From an uncultured virus (IMG/VR IMGVR_UViG_3300050821_000498) (lineage: Duplodnaviria; Heunggongvirae; Uroviricota; Caudoviricetes), in the IMG/VR virus record IMGVR_UViG_3300050821_000498: 20,000 bases of DNA; one strand, 5' to 3'. Positions within the stretch are counted from its first letter, which is position 1. Each line of letters begins with the position of its first letter. Below the pieces are notes generated by a model. That model made no database searches, was not told where the DNA came from, and worked only from the letters and a program-made list of their open reading frames with translations. Shown here piece by piece: positions 8,083 through 16,005 of the stretch. Position numbers and translations under genes: made by a program.

Positions 8083-8256
8083 ATGGATCATAAGATAACT
8101 TTTAGTAGGAATATGGACGGCAATCCTTTAGTGTTAGTAAATGGACTAGTAGCCGCTATAGCTCAGGACTGCAAAGGATGGGAATATCTTAAAGCGTATT
8201 GTCAAAACTTACCAGCTAGTGAATTTGTAGAGCGGCGAGGAAAGGATAGTAAATGA
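8083..8256 (+). CDS. hypothetical protein, 57 aa (MDHKITFSRN...), not in ORF track
   Basis: AAGGA SD; ATGA overlap with 8253. Confidence 0.65.
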   Translation: MDHKITFSRNMDGNPLVLVNGLVAAIAQDCKGWEYLKAYCQNLPASEFVERRGKDSK

Positions 8257-8552
8257 TTAATTTTATTAAGAGGTTATTTTATAATAAACCTACAGCGCCA
8301 ACTGTAAATAAAAAGGCTGTATTTACTGTAGAATACTACCCATTATCCAAAAAATATTTCCCCTTAATTAATAATCATTATTTACAAGAGTGTGATTTAA
8401 CTGGAAATGTTACTTTTACAGTATTTAATAATATAATATATGCATGGTCAACAAAATGTAACACAGAAAGGGAAGCTTGGAATATAGTAAATAGGTACAA
8501 AGAACAGCACTATAAAACAAATGTTGTAGTAATACAAGAGGACAACAGTTGA
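8253..8552 (+). CDS. hypothetical protein, 99 aa
   Basis: AAGGA SD; coupled to neighbours. Confidence 0.75.
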   Translation: MINFIKRLFYNKPTAPTVNKKAVFTVEYYPLSKKYFPLINNHYLQECDLTGNVTFTVFNNIIYAWSTKCNTEREAWNIVNRYKEQHYKTNVVVIQEDNS

Positions 8553-8950
8553 AGTGGTTAGTAAGTTTTCTACTGATATTATCTTTTAATTGTTATGCTA
8601 CTTCTGACTCTACTTGTCTTTCAGCTATGCTTAAGCATGAAGCTCAGACCGAATCTAAGGTAGCTACAAGAGCCGTTCTCGATGTAACCCTTAATAGAGT
8701 AGCCAAAAGTCGTAAAACAGCTTGTAGAGTTATTAAAGAGCCTGGAGCATATTCTTGGCACCATAAGAATTATAAGTTCAAAGTTATTGAAAAAGACTTG
8801 ACAAGGCTATCAGAGATAGGTAATATGTCCCCTGTTCTGGATGAAGATTATTTGTGGTTCTTTAATAAGAGGTTACATCCAATATGGGCTAAGAAATTAA
8901 AGTGTGATAGAATAATAGGAATGCATAAGTTCTGTAAGGAGAAGAAATGA
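8549..8950 (+). CDS. cell wall hydrolase, SleB/Hydrolase_2 family, with N-terminal signal peptide
   Basis: CLSAMLKHEAQTE (catalytic Glu), AVLDVTLNRV, C.VI.EPGAYSW, PIWA, IGMHKF; TTG start with GAGGA SD. Confidence 0.8.
   Translation: MKWLVSFLLILSFNCYATSDSTCLSAMLKHEAQTESKVATRAVLDVTLNRVAKSRKTACRVIKEPGAYSWHHKNYKFKVIEKDLTRLSEIGNMSPVLDEDYLWFFNKRLHPIWAKKLKCDRIIGMHKFCKEKK
8798..8826 (+). promoter_or_regulatory. intragenic sigma70-type promoter TTGACA-17-TAATAT
   Basis: Perfect -35 with 17-nt spacer inside the hydrolase gene. Confidence 0.5.
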
Positions 8951-9198
8951 TACTATGTAAATCAGATAAAGAAAAGAGTGAAGAATACCAAACTTATCTT
9001 TCAGAACTTAAAGATAAGAAAGTTAAAGTATTTACTTGGTTTCCTACCAGAATTAATAATGGGAAACACACAGGCAAAGTTGTATGGCTTGAATATGTCT
9101 GGAAAGAGTGGTATGTAGGTGAAAAGTATAGAAATCTTAGTACGCTAGAACTCCGAGATATTTACTATTCGTTGATAGAGGATGAAGATGAAATTTAA
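8947..9198 (+). CDS. hypothetical protein, 83 aa
   Basis: AAGGAG SD; FTWFPTR...VWLEYV motif. Confidence 0.8.
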   Translation: MILCKSDKEKSEEYQTYLSELKDKKVKVFTWFPTRINNGKHTGKVVWLEYVWKEWYVGEKYRNLSTLELRDIYYSLIEDEDEI

Positions 9199-9439
9199 TA
9201 TGAACAACACTGTATCTGTCGTTCTTACAGACTCAGGAGCTAAAGTTTGGAATGCTCGCTGGAGTGATACCAAGCTTCTATACAGATATCTTCCAAGGTA
9301 CTTCCAAGCTGGAGATACACTTACAGAACAATTCTGGGTTATTATGCAAGTATTTGGCCCACATATACATATGGGGATGCAGCCACTCTTTGAGGGAATG
9401 GATATAGAATTTGATATTAAACATTTTAGGGAGGGTTGA
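9188..9439 (+). CDS. hypothetical protein, about 83 aa
   Basis: GAGGA SD; FNMN..V.V.LT..G...QFW.IM..FG pattern. Confidence 0.8.
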   Translation: MKFNMNNTVSVVLTDSGAKVWNARWSDTKLLYRYLPRYFQAGDTLTEQFWVIMQVFGPHIHMGMQPLFEGMDIEFDIKHFREG

Positions 9440-9786
9440 TGAGTAAATTTAAAACAGGAGATATTGTTATTTGTGTAAATGCTCTAGATACAGCGGGTGA
9501 CTTAACTGTAGGGCAGCTTTATAAAATAAATAGTGTTACAGATGGTTATGTCATACTTGAAAACAGCCCGTATGATGGCTGTTGGCGAATGGCCTCTAGG
9601 TTTGAACTGTACAACCGTGCAAAAATTTCTGTAGGAGTGGAAGGCATACCAAAAGAACGTATAATCATTTTTACACAAACAGATGGTAGTATTAGCCAGA
9701 CAATCAAAATAGAGGGCCAGAATGTTATACCACTGTTGTCCAAGAAATTTTGCAAGGAGTTCCAGAAACTATGGCCACACATTTGA
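9436..9786 (+). CDS. hypothetical protein, 116 aa, with SH3-like N-terminus (FKTGDIVICV...LTVGQLY.I...RFEL)
   Basis: GGGAGG SD; coupled to upstream gene. Confidence 0.75.
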   Translation: MMSKFKTGDIVICVNALDTAGDLTVGQLYKINSVTDGYVILENSPYDGCWRMASRFELYNRAKISVGVEGIPKERIIIFTQTDGSISQTIKIEGQNVIPLLSKKFCKEFQKLWPHI

Positions 9787-9871
9787 AGATGGGAGAGTCT
9801 GTAGATAAAACTGTCTGGGATAGTAAACATTTGATTATCAGTGAAGTACCAACTTCTAAAAAGGATTAAGA

Positions 9872-10057
9872 ATGAACAAACAACAAGCAAACGAAGCTAT
9901 CGCTAATTATATTAACGAAGCATATAAACTCGTTAACGAAGCCCAGAAAATTGCCAGAGATTTTGAATTATCATTTGATTGGGATTTGGCGTATGGTATG
10001 GGCGGTTATTACGATGGACGTGATGAGTCTTGGAATCCGTCTAGTGAAAGCTGCTAA
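9872..10057 (+). CDS. small protein, 61 aa, paralog 1, C-terminus WNPSSESC
   Basis: AAGGA SD; amphipathic helix then SFDWDLAYGMGGYY and terminal Cys. Confidence 0.85.
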   Translation: MNKQQANEAIANYINEAYKLVNEAQKIARDFELSFDWDLAYGMGGYYDGRDESWNPSSESC

Positions 10058-10260
10058 TTAATTTAAGGGGAATAAAATGAGCCAACAAGATACAATAGAG
10101 GCAATTGCAACAATGATTAGTACAGCTAAAGATATTCTTAAGTCTGCAAAGAAAATGTCAGATGATAATGGGTTATGTTTTAATATACAAGATTTGTATG
10201 AATCTGTTACTAATGAATACGTTGATTGGTATAGCTCATCAATGGATTGCTAATTAATTT
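10052..10260 (+). repeat. 13-bp direct repeat TGCTAATTAATTT (10052-10064 and 10248-10260) spanning Cys codon, stop and downstream bases
   Basis: Identical sequence at the 3' ends of paralogs 1 and 2. Confidence 0.8.
10077..10253 (+). CDS. small protein, 58 aa, paralog 2, C-terminus WYSSSMDC, not in ORF track
   Basis: MSQQDTIEAIATMISTAKDILKSAKKMSDDNGLCFNIQDLYESVTNEYVDWYSSSMDC; AAGGGG SD. Confidence 0.85.
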   Translation: MSQQDTIEAIATMISTAKDILKSAKKMSDDNGLCFNIQDLYESVTNEYVDWYSSSMDC

Positions 10261-10285
10261 GATAATTTAAATGAAAGGAAGTATA

Positions 10286-10705
10286 ATGGATGATGTAATT
10301 ATTGAAGGAATCAGTATCAATGAATTGAAAGCCACAAAAGCTAAGATTCAACAAGGAGCTAACAAAGTTATTTCAGATAGTATTGAGCAAGCCACTAAAG
10401 TGTTTCATGAAATGATGGAAGCTGAGTCTTACGATGAAGCTGAAAAACTAGCACAACAAGCTTATGATTTGCTAGAGACAGCTAATGTCGTTTCAGGAGT
10501 TAGTGGTGTGAAATTCAGCTTGCCATATTACGAAGAATATGGTCAATACGAAAGTGATGAAGTTATGTCGCATATTCTTGAAAACAACGAAGAAAACGAG
10601 AATGTTGAATCTGATTGGCAAAATAAAAATAATATCTATCGCTTGCAATCGTTGTTGGAAAATATGGAGAGTCAAGCTTGCAATTGGTATTCGAGTAAAT
10701 GTTAA
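10286..10705 (+). CDS. acidic helical protein, about 139 aa, paralog 3, C-terminus WYSSKC
   Basis: AAAGGA SD fits ATG 10286 better than 10271; helical region aligns by eye with paralogs 1 and 2. Confidence 0.85.
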   Translation: MDDVIIEGISINELKATKAKIQQGANKVISDSIEQATKVFHEMMEAESYDEAEKLAQQAYDLLETANVVSGVSGVKFSLPYYEEYGQYESDEVMSHILENNEENENVESDWQNKNNIYRLQSLLENMESQACNWYSSKC

Positions 10706-10722
10706 TATAAGAAAGGGATAAA

Positions 10723-11625
10723 ATGATTGTATTGATTGGAAGCGTAGCTACAAATTACCACATTAGAGGGTTTCGTAAAGAACCTGGAGATATGGATATT
10801 TTGTGTGATTATGATACAGCAATGAAGTTTAAAGAGGCTCATGATATTAAAATCTGCTATCCAATCAATTCAGGAAAAACCATTTACATGAAGAATTCTG
10901 ATGGCTTGATTATAGAGGCTTCAATCACTTGGCCTGATAGTATGGAAGAAAGGCTTTATAAGTTTATTGAGAGTCAATCTGATAATATTTGGGTGAATGG
11001 TTTTACTGTTCCTTCTTTAGATGTTTTGTATTTGCTGAAGATGAGTCACCGCTATAAAAAAGACAGTCCTGTGTTTAAAAAGACATTGGATGACATTCTC
11101 ACTTTGCGCAAGCATGGTGCTAAGATACGTGATGAGCATATGGAATTTTTCAAAGAGCGCGAGAAAGACACATACAATTACTCTTTGCCAAAACTTAATC
11201 AAAGCAAAGCTGATTTCTTTGATAATAGTAATAACATTTACACCCTGGATCACGATTGCATTCATGAAGCTATTGCTCTAGGAAATAGGCCAGCATATCT
11301 TGAATTTAAACCTGATGAAAATGAAGTATATACAAGTAAGGCTTTATTCTTTGCGCAGCCTAAACAAATACAATTGAATGCGGCTTATGAAGAAATCTGC
11401 GTATTGTCTCTAGAAAGATCAATCCATCCATTCCCTGATGTTGATCGTAAGTGGGCATTTGATAAAGCTCAGATGAAATTGAGTACAAGTATTAGTTCAG
11501 GATGGTTTCGTGAATTCTGTTGGGAACATTATTATGAAATACAAACCATGTATAATGTGGAATATGTTGACAGGTTTTACGAGGCTCTATATGATGGGCG
11601 TATTAAACCATTTAAAGGATACTAG
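10723..11625 (+). CDS. putative nucleotidyltransferase (Pol-beta superfamily N-terminus) with C-terminal HDxxH helical domain, 300 aa
   Basis: LIGS...PGDMDI (hGS-x-DxD) motif; HDCIHE, EEICVLSLER and SGWFREF motifs; AAGGGA SD. Confidence 0.7.
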   Translation: MIVLIGSVATNYHIRGFRKEPGDMDILCDYDTAMKFKEAHDIKICYPINSGKTIYMKNSDGLIIEASITWPDSMEERLYKFIESQSDNIWVNGFTVPSLDVLYLLKMSHRYKKDSPVFKKTLDDILTLRKHGAKIRDEHMEFFKEREKDTYNYSLPKLNQSKADFFDNSNNIYTLDHDCIHEAIALGNRPAYLEFKPDENEVYTSKALFFAQPKQIQLNAAYEEICVLSLERSIHPFPDVDRKWAFDKAQMKLSTSISSGWFREFCWEHYYEIQTMYNVEYVDRFYEALYDGRIKPFKGY

Positions 11626-11626
11626 A

Positions 11627-12067
11627 ATGATAGACATAAATGATTATCTCTCAGAAGAGACAAAAGAACAGCTTGCAAGAGATGTGTTTAAAGATTATGT
11701 AAAAGGTCAGCTACAATCTGAGACAGACCTAAAACGTTTCCTTTCAAATGTAGCTTATGAAACTGTCTATAAACTTGTAGATGATTGCCTTGATGGGAAC
11801 ATGAAAGAGCATCTTTATGATAAAATTTATAAAAAGCTAAACGACATCTCTTTGCATGAAATATTTAAAAGGCCTGATGCTTGGGATAAAACTTATAATG
11901 GGATGTACGATTATTTTCAACAGTGCCTAGAGGAACAAAGGCCCACTATCAAAGCTATTGTAGCGAATAATATTGAACCTGTTACAATAGCAGGATTGAA
12001 GGATAACATCCAAGAGATGATTATTGAGGCTGTGCAGAATATTTATAAGGGAGTTGATGATGTCTAA
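11627..12067 (+). CDS. hypothetical helical protein, about 146 aa (start revised to MIDINDY)
   Basis: AAAGGA SD; ATG 1 nt after upstream stop. Confidence 0.8.
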   Translation: MIDINDYLSEETKEQLARDVFKDYVKGQLQSETDLKRFLSNVAYETVYKLVDDCLDGNMKEHLYDKIYKKLNDISLHEIFKRPDAWDKTYNGMYDYFQQCLEEQRPTIKAIVANNIEPVTIAGLKDNIQEMIIEAVQNIYKGVDDV

Positions 12068-12296
12068 ACATTATAATGTTGTTGTGAATTTTAAGAAGAT
12101 TTATGTCGTTGAAGTTCCTGATGAGACACCTATAGATGTTGTCGAAGAGTTTGTTTATGAAGATGCTTTGATGGACGGTGACATAGACGAAGTTACAGCT
12201 ACAATGATTGAAAAAGATTACGTACAACTCCACTTGCATCACGCTAATGAGAGAATTGACCTTGATGAGTTTATGGGAGTAGGTGTTTATGAGTAA
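12060..12296 (+). CDS. acidic hypothetical protein, about 78 aa
   Basis: AAGGGAG SD; start revised from 12024. Confidence 0.75.
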   Translation: MSKHYNVVVNFKKIYVVEVPDETPIDVVEEFVYEDALMDGDIDEVTATMIEKDYVQLHLHHANERIDLDEFMGVGVYE

Positions 12297-12822
12297 TCTA
12301 GCATACCAAGCAATGCAATTTGCCATGTCAGAACATGACAGAATAGACCATAAGCGAAAATACACAGGAGATAATTATTGGCTACATTTATCTGAAGTTG
12401 CAGGTATTGTAAGCACTGTTATACAGCAGCCTGTAGTTATAGCCACTGCGTGGCTTCATGATTGGCTTGAGGATGTCTGTGAAGATAAGCAACTTGGTAT
12501 TGAGCTTCTATATACGAAATTTGGTGGTGCTGTAGCTACTGGTGTTGAAGAATTATCTGATCTAGAAATAGGCAATAGGGCATATAGAAAAGCAGCCTCT
12601 AGAGAGCGGCTTAGCCAAGCTCCTGATTGGATTCAAACTATTAAATGTGCTGATTTGATTTCTAACACATCGTCTATTGTTACGCATGACAAGAATTTTG
12701 CTATTACATATCTGAAAGAGAAACGTCTATTGCTTGATGTGCTGAGTAAAGCTGATAAAAGGCTTTGGAATGTTGCTGATGAGATGTGTAAGAAATACTG
12801 TAAAGAATTGGAGGTACTATGA
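12289..12822 (+). CDS. HD-domain phosphohydrolase, RelA/SpoT hydrolase or Mesh1-like (HD_4)
   Basis: A.QFA...H...RKYTG..Y..H..EVA, AWLHDWLED and IKCADLISN motifs. Confidence 0.85.
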   Translation: MSNLAYQAMQFAMSEHDRIDHKRKYTGDNYWLHLSEVAGIVSTVIQQPVVIATAWLHDWLEDVCEDKQLGIELLYTKFGGAVATGVEELSDLEIGNRAYRKAASRERLSQAPDWIQTIKCADLISNTSSIVTHDKNFAITYLKEKRLLLDVLSKADKRLWNVADEMCKKYCKELEVL

Positions 12823-13004
12823 GTAATAACATTAAAGATGCCAAACAAGACCTAAAAGAATTCTTCAAAATCTTAGACATACAAGAAGAGTCAGAAGAAG
12901 GGCGTATGTTTCATCCTACATTTATTTCTTGTTGCAGAAGCTTTACATTAGTAAAATTAAATGGTATATTATCTCGTCTTAAACAATATTCGGAGGAAGA
13001 ATGA
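12819..13004 (+). CDS. hypothetical protein, 61 aa
   Basis: GGAGG SD; ATGA coupling. Confidence 0.8.
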   Translation: MSNNIKDAKQDLKEFFKILDIQEESEEGRMFHPTFISCCRSFTLVKLNGILSRLKQYSEEE

Positions 13005-13156
13005 CCCTAGATATAACACTAATAACTCTAAACCTATTCTTTGCATGGGCACAATTGCAAGGAATGCCTAAATTAGACAATAAGCTTCTGGGAAGTTTTA
13101 ATATGTTTGCTGCTGGAGTTGTGTTTATGAGTATGATTATAGAGGGAGTTAAATAA
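13001..13156 (+). CDS. small membrane protein, 51 aa, not in ORF track
   Basis: GGAGG SD; two hydrophobic segments; coupled on both sides. Confidence 0.7.
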   Translation: MTLDITLITLNLFFAWAQLQGMPKLDNKLLGSFNMFAAGVVFMSMIIEGVK

Positions 13157-13518
13157 TGACTAGGAAGATTAAAATAAAAGATGCTTCAGAGCTTAATCAC
13201 ATAAGTGATCAAATATCTTTGGAAGTAGTTGACAAACAAATTATAGGTGTTACAATCTATATCAGCGGTGAAGAGATTACAATTCAACGTGGTGATCAAT
13301 ACGGTAATAACCTTAGTATCTTGAAAGATGAGCCTCAAAACCTTGGCACAGTTTATTTTGTAAAAGGTAAGCTACATGGTTACGATATCTGTAGTGAACA
13401 GTTTGATGATAAATTTGCTGCTGAAGAACATAAGAAGCAATTGGAATATGAGACAAGTTATTCTGATTTGTATATTCAAGAAATTGAACATTATAGTCCA
13501 CAGACTAAATTTGTATAG
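13156..13518 (+). CDS. hypothetical protein, 120 aa
   Basis: GGGAG SD; TAATG coupling. Confidence 0.8.
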   Translation: MTRKIKIKDASELNHISDQISLEVVDKQIIGVTIYISGEEITIQRGDQYGNNLSILKDEPQNLGTVYFVKGKLHGYDICSEQFDDKFAAEEHKKQLEYETSYSDLYIQEIEHYSPQTKFV

Positions 13519-13526
13519 GAGGTAGA

Positions 13527-14228
13527 TTGAAACTCGCAAATATAGAAGTTAAATATATTGATCATATGGGAACGGATTTGTCTGTAGTGAATGCTGCTAG
13601 GACATCTTTCGATAAAGCTAGTGAGTGGGATTGGCACGAGGATGCAAAGTTAAGTGATCCAGAAACTGGTTATATCCATCATGTACCTGTCTTGAGTCAT
13701 GCGGATACTAAACTTATCAATTACTTAGCAAAATATAAACATAAAAGTCCATTCAATCATACTTTTATTTCTTTGCACATTAAAGCACCTATTTATGTAG
13801 CTCGCCAACTTGTCAAACATAAATTTATGCCTTGGAATGAGGTAAGTCGTAGATATGTGGATAGTGAGCCTGAATTTTATATTCCAGAGATATATCGTCA
13901 AGCAGCAGAAAATGTAAAACAAGGAAGTTCATCAGAAGATTCCGGCTATGACAGGCATACTGCAATAGAACATTCTTGGATGTGTCTTGATGAATATAAT
14001 GCACGATTGGCTCATGGTGTTTGCGCTGAGCAAGCTCGTGAATGCTTGCCATTAAATACACATACGGAATGGTATTGGTCTGGAACTCTCGGGGCATTTG
14101 CAGACATGTTGATTCTCCGGCTAGACAATCACACACAATATGAGACACGTCTAGTTGCAGAACAAGCAAGAGATATTATTTTACCATTGTTTCCCGTTTC
14201 ACTAAAAGCATTGCTTGAACATAAATAA
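13527..14228 (+). CDS. thyX: FAD-dependent thymidylate synthase ThyX
   Basis: DHMGTDLSVVNAARTSF, HKSPFNH, APIYVARQLVKHK...NEVSRRY, EQARECLP, HTQYETR; TTG start with AGGAGG SD. Confidence 0.95.
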   Translation: MKLANIEVKYIDHMGTDLSVVNAARTSFDKASEWDWHEDAKLSDPETGYIHHVPVLSHADTKLINYLAKYKHKSPFNHTFISLHIKAPIYVARQLVKHKFMPWNEVSRRYVDSEPEFYIPEIYRQAAENVKQGSSSEDSGYDRHTAIEHSWMCLDEYNARLAHGVCAEQARECLPLNTHTEWYWSGTLGAFADMLILRLDNHTQYETRLVAEQARDIILPLFPVSLKALLEHK

Positions 14229-14368
14229 TACAACACATTTCAACAACAAAATAGCCTTGTAGCAAATTTCCAACATGAAACAAATATTTCACACAAATAA
14301 AGAAAATATGCTACGCTAATTGCTCATTGACAACAACTGGAATAATTACATAACGGAGGAAGCACAAC

Positions 14369-14698
14369 ATGAAATTTAAAAAAGGTGAAGTAGTAGAGTT
14401 TATAGGTATGGTAGAGTGGCCTGAGTTGAATGGTGAAGATGCTGTTATAGAGACTGCGCTAGGTTTGCAAACATTGAGGTCAATGAGAACTAAGAAAGAG
14501 CTTACTGGGATATTTTATTCAGTAGTGACAAAAGATGGAATAGGACATACTGTACTTGAAGCTAATCTTAAGCCTAAGAAGCCCCCTACACAATTTAAAG
14601 GAGAGCAGAGGATAGCTGAATTGTTTCTTCCTAATGGGGATAATTCTCTTGTTAAAAATGAGAAGCTTGTAGAAGAACGTGACACAGCTAAAGCTTAA
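14369..14698 (+). CDS. hypothetical protein, 109 aa, SH3-like N-terminus
   Basis: GGAGG SD; MKFKKGEVVEF. Confidence 0.8.
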   Translation: MKFKKGEVVEFIGMVEWPELNGEDAVIETALGLQTLRSMRTKKELTGIFYSVVTKDGIGHTVLEANLKPKKPPTQFKGEQRIAELFLPNGDNSLVKNEKLVEERDTAKA

Positions 14699-14704
14699 TA
14701 AATC

Positions 14705-14737
14705 TTGACATATTATATTTTATACGTATAATATGTC
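14705..14737 (+). promoter_or_regulatory. consensus sigma70 promoter TTGACA-16-TATAAT overlapped by an 11-bp perfect inverted repeat
   Basis: TTGACA 14705-14710, TATAAT 14727-14732; GACATATTATA and TATAATATGTC arms. Confidence 0.8.
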
Positions 14738-14763
14738 TATTAGTTTTTATAAAGGGGAATTAG

Positions 14764-15111
14764 ATGAAGAATTACAGTCTGTCTAAGCATATTGACAAGA
14801 AGGATGTACGTCAAGCTGAATGGAAGAAACAACGTAAAGAACGTGGATTTGATAACACAGAGTTATGGAATCTCGATGCAACTATTGCTAATTTCATTAT
14901 TCCAAGGCTGAAAGCATTTAAGGAAACTAAGGGATGTCACCCAGGCAACTTTAAAAACGAGAAAGCTTGGGATAAATGCATAGATGAGATGATATTTGCT
15001 TTTGAGTTTGCTAGTAATGAAGGGTTTGGAGTTGACTATGCGAGTAATAAGAAACGTGCAGATAAAGGGTTGAAATTATTTGCTAAATATTATTTTCATT
15101 TGTGGGATTGA
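14764..15111 (+). CDS. conserved hypothetical phage protein, 115 aa
   Basis: ELWNLD.TIA.FI.PRLK.FK...HP...W...DEMIFAF...GLKLF.KYY..LWD pattern; AAGGGG SD. Confidence 0.85.
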   Translation: MKNYSLSKHIDKKDVRQAEWKKQRKERGFDNTELWNLDATIANFIIPRLKAFKETKGCHPGNFKNEKAWDKCIDEMIFAFEFASNEGFGVDYASNKKRADKGLKLFAKYYFHLWD

Positions 15112-15112
15112 T

Positions 15113-15328
15113 ATGGATAAAGAACTTATAAAATTTTTGGCATCAATGTTTGGCTCAGTAATAGCTGCTATATTTATAGTTGGATGTGGAATTGTTCTCT
15201 ATAAAACCACTGTAGAACGCTCAGCTTGCGCAGCATTTGCACAGCAGAATCCAGACACTAAAGTATTTTTCAGTGTTGCTACAGGATGTCAATATAAGAT
15301 GCAGTATTATTGGAATAATTTACGATGA
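15113..15328 (+). CDS. membrane protein, about 71 aa (start revised to MDKELIK)
   Basis: Single N-terminal TM helix, two Cys downstream. Confidence 0.75.
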   Translation: MDKELIKFLASMFGSVIAAIFIVGCGIVLYKTTVERSACAAFAQQNPDTKVFFSVATGCQYKMQYYWNNLR

Positions 15329-15627
15329 ATCCACTGGCACAAATACAAGAGCTTGATATTAAATGGCATAGTGCCTCTAAGATTTGGATGGATTTTAGTG
15401 ATTATGTCAAACTTGATTTGCCTACGGGGTTTATACATAACATTATTTATGGCATGCACTGGAATGATATTCCTCTAGTTTATACAACTAAAAATGCAAG
15501 AGAAAACGTTTTAATTATTAGTGCTGCATGCTCTGACAAACAAGATGAACAAGATTTGGTAGACTGTATTAAGCGACAATTGAATAATTATTTGAGGAGG
15601 GCTTATGGGCTGGAGTACAGGAAGTGA
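15325..15627 (+). CDS. hypothetical protein, 100 aa
   Basis: ATGA coupling. Confidence 0.7.
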   Translation: MNPLAQIQELDIKWHSASKIWMDFSDYVKLDLPTGFIHNIIYGMHWNDIPLVYTTKNARENVLIISAACSDKQDEQDLVDCIKRQLNNYLRRAYGLEYRK

Positions 15628-15805
15628 AATAATGGACAAAGTGATCAGCCAAGCAGAAGATTTAGGCTATGAAGAATCTCTAGCATGGTTTTCAATACTA
15701 ATCAAGATTTTTGAAGATTATGATTGTGATACACTAGGAGAATGTCTTGGACAAGATGTAGCATTTGACGACGCTTATTTTTTAGTAAACCCTGGAGAAG
15801 CTTGA
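15605..15805 (+). CDS. hypothetical protein, 66 aa (MGWSTGSEI...FEDYDCDTL.EC)
   Basis: GAGGAGG SD. Confidence 0.8.
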   Translation: MGWSTGSEIMDKVISQAEDLGYEESLAWFSILIKIFEDYDCDTLGECLGQDVAFDDAYFLVNPGEA

Positions 15806-16005
15806 TGAAAATAACTGTTAGAAATAACTCAGGTTATAAAGATGTCTCTTTAGAAGAAGGTAACACTAAAATTGACCTAGGAATGCATGATACAGTTGAT
15901 TCTGAGTACCTTGCTGAAGAATTCCTTCGTGCTGTAGATGATTTGATGTCATCACAGTTTGACTCTAGGGATGAATTTATTGAGTGGATTAAGGGGATTG
16001 TATGA
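15802..16005 (+). CDS. hypothetical protein, 67 aa
   Basis: GGAG SD; coupled to neighbours. Confidence 0.75.
   Translation: MMKITVRNNSGYKDVSLEEGNTKIDLGMHDTVDSEYLAEEFLRAVDDLMSSQFDSRDEFIEWIKGIV

Noticed and set aside
8152..8166. GCCGCTATAGCTCAG resembling a tRNA 5' end
   Set aside because: No D-loop GG, anticodon arm, TTCGA T-loop or acceptor complement follows; it lies inside the 8083..8256 ORF
9771..9869. Possible 32-aa ORF MATHLKMGESVDK...
   Set aside because: Very short, long SD spacing and no motif; lacks the WxSS..C tail, so not a fourth paralog
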